Shown piece by piece: positions 63,955-64,000 of a DNA stretch of 64,000 nucleotides (its first letter is position 1; every line of letters begins with the position of its first letter). Location of the stretch: assembly GCA_002189035.1 (NCBI GenBank), contig NEEC01000002.1:5456001-5520000 (forward strand), given 5' to 3'. The notes below the pieces were generated by a model that was given only the letters and a program-made list of their open reading frames with translations, was not told the DNA's origin and ran no database searches. Origin of the DNA: Utricularia gibba (lineage: Eukaryota; Plantae; Magnoliophyta). The position numbers and the translations under genes are program-made.

Positions 63955-64000
63955 TTGTAGCTACTGGTCCGTTTTATTTTATTGAAGCAGCGTCCATTAC

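Noticed and set aside
1-64000. CRISPR arrays, tRNA or rRNA genes, prokaryotic operons or horizontally acquired bacterial DNA
   Set aside because: None were seen. All repeats are eukaryotic tandem or TE-type, and the rRNA-like words are short snoRNA antisense guides.

Overview
This is eukaryotic DNA from a gene-dense angiosperm (eudicot-like) nuclear genome; no prokaryotic features or CRISPR arrays were seen. I reconstructed 15 protein-coding genes by eye: a nucleobase-ascorbate transporter (NAT1/2 clade), an O-fucosyltransferase-family gene, an RLP51/SNC2-type LRR receptor-like protein, a DUF641/GIL1-like gene, ERD2, ARP8, LORELEI-like LLG, a CCCH-WD40 (ZFWD) gene, PsbP, a pollen Ole e 1-family gene, endonuclease III (NTH), a PIF4/5-type bHLH, an OTU deubiquitinase, a PICC-type tail-anchored coiled-coil gene and ZW10. 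A ~9 kb transposon island (24.6-33.6 kb) holds a decayed full-length PIF/Harbinger element, two ~500 bp direct repeats and a RING-H2 pseudogene. Invisible to the ORF track are a polycistronic box C/D snoRNA cluster (snoR37-, snoR22- and snoR23-like, 63.5-63.95 kb) and an snRNA-type USE+TATA promoter at 62.14 kb in front of an unidentified GC-rich unit. The most notable items are that unidentified unit, a six-unit internal repeat expansion in the PICC coiled coil, and three single-base deletions (one in RLP51/SNC2, two in ZW10). All three deletions shorten G/C runs, so assembly error is the simplest explanation. Comparisons to Arabidopsis proteins and rRNA numbering are from memory and need database confirmation.
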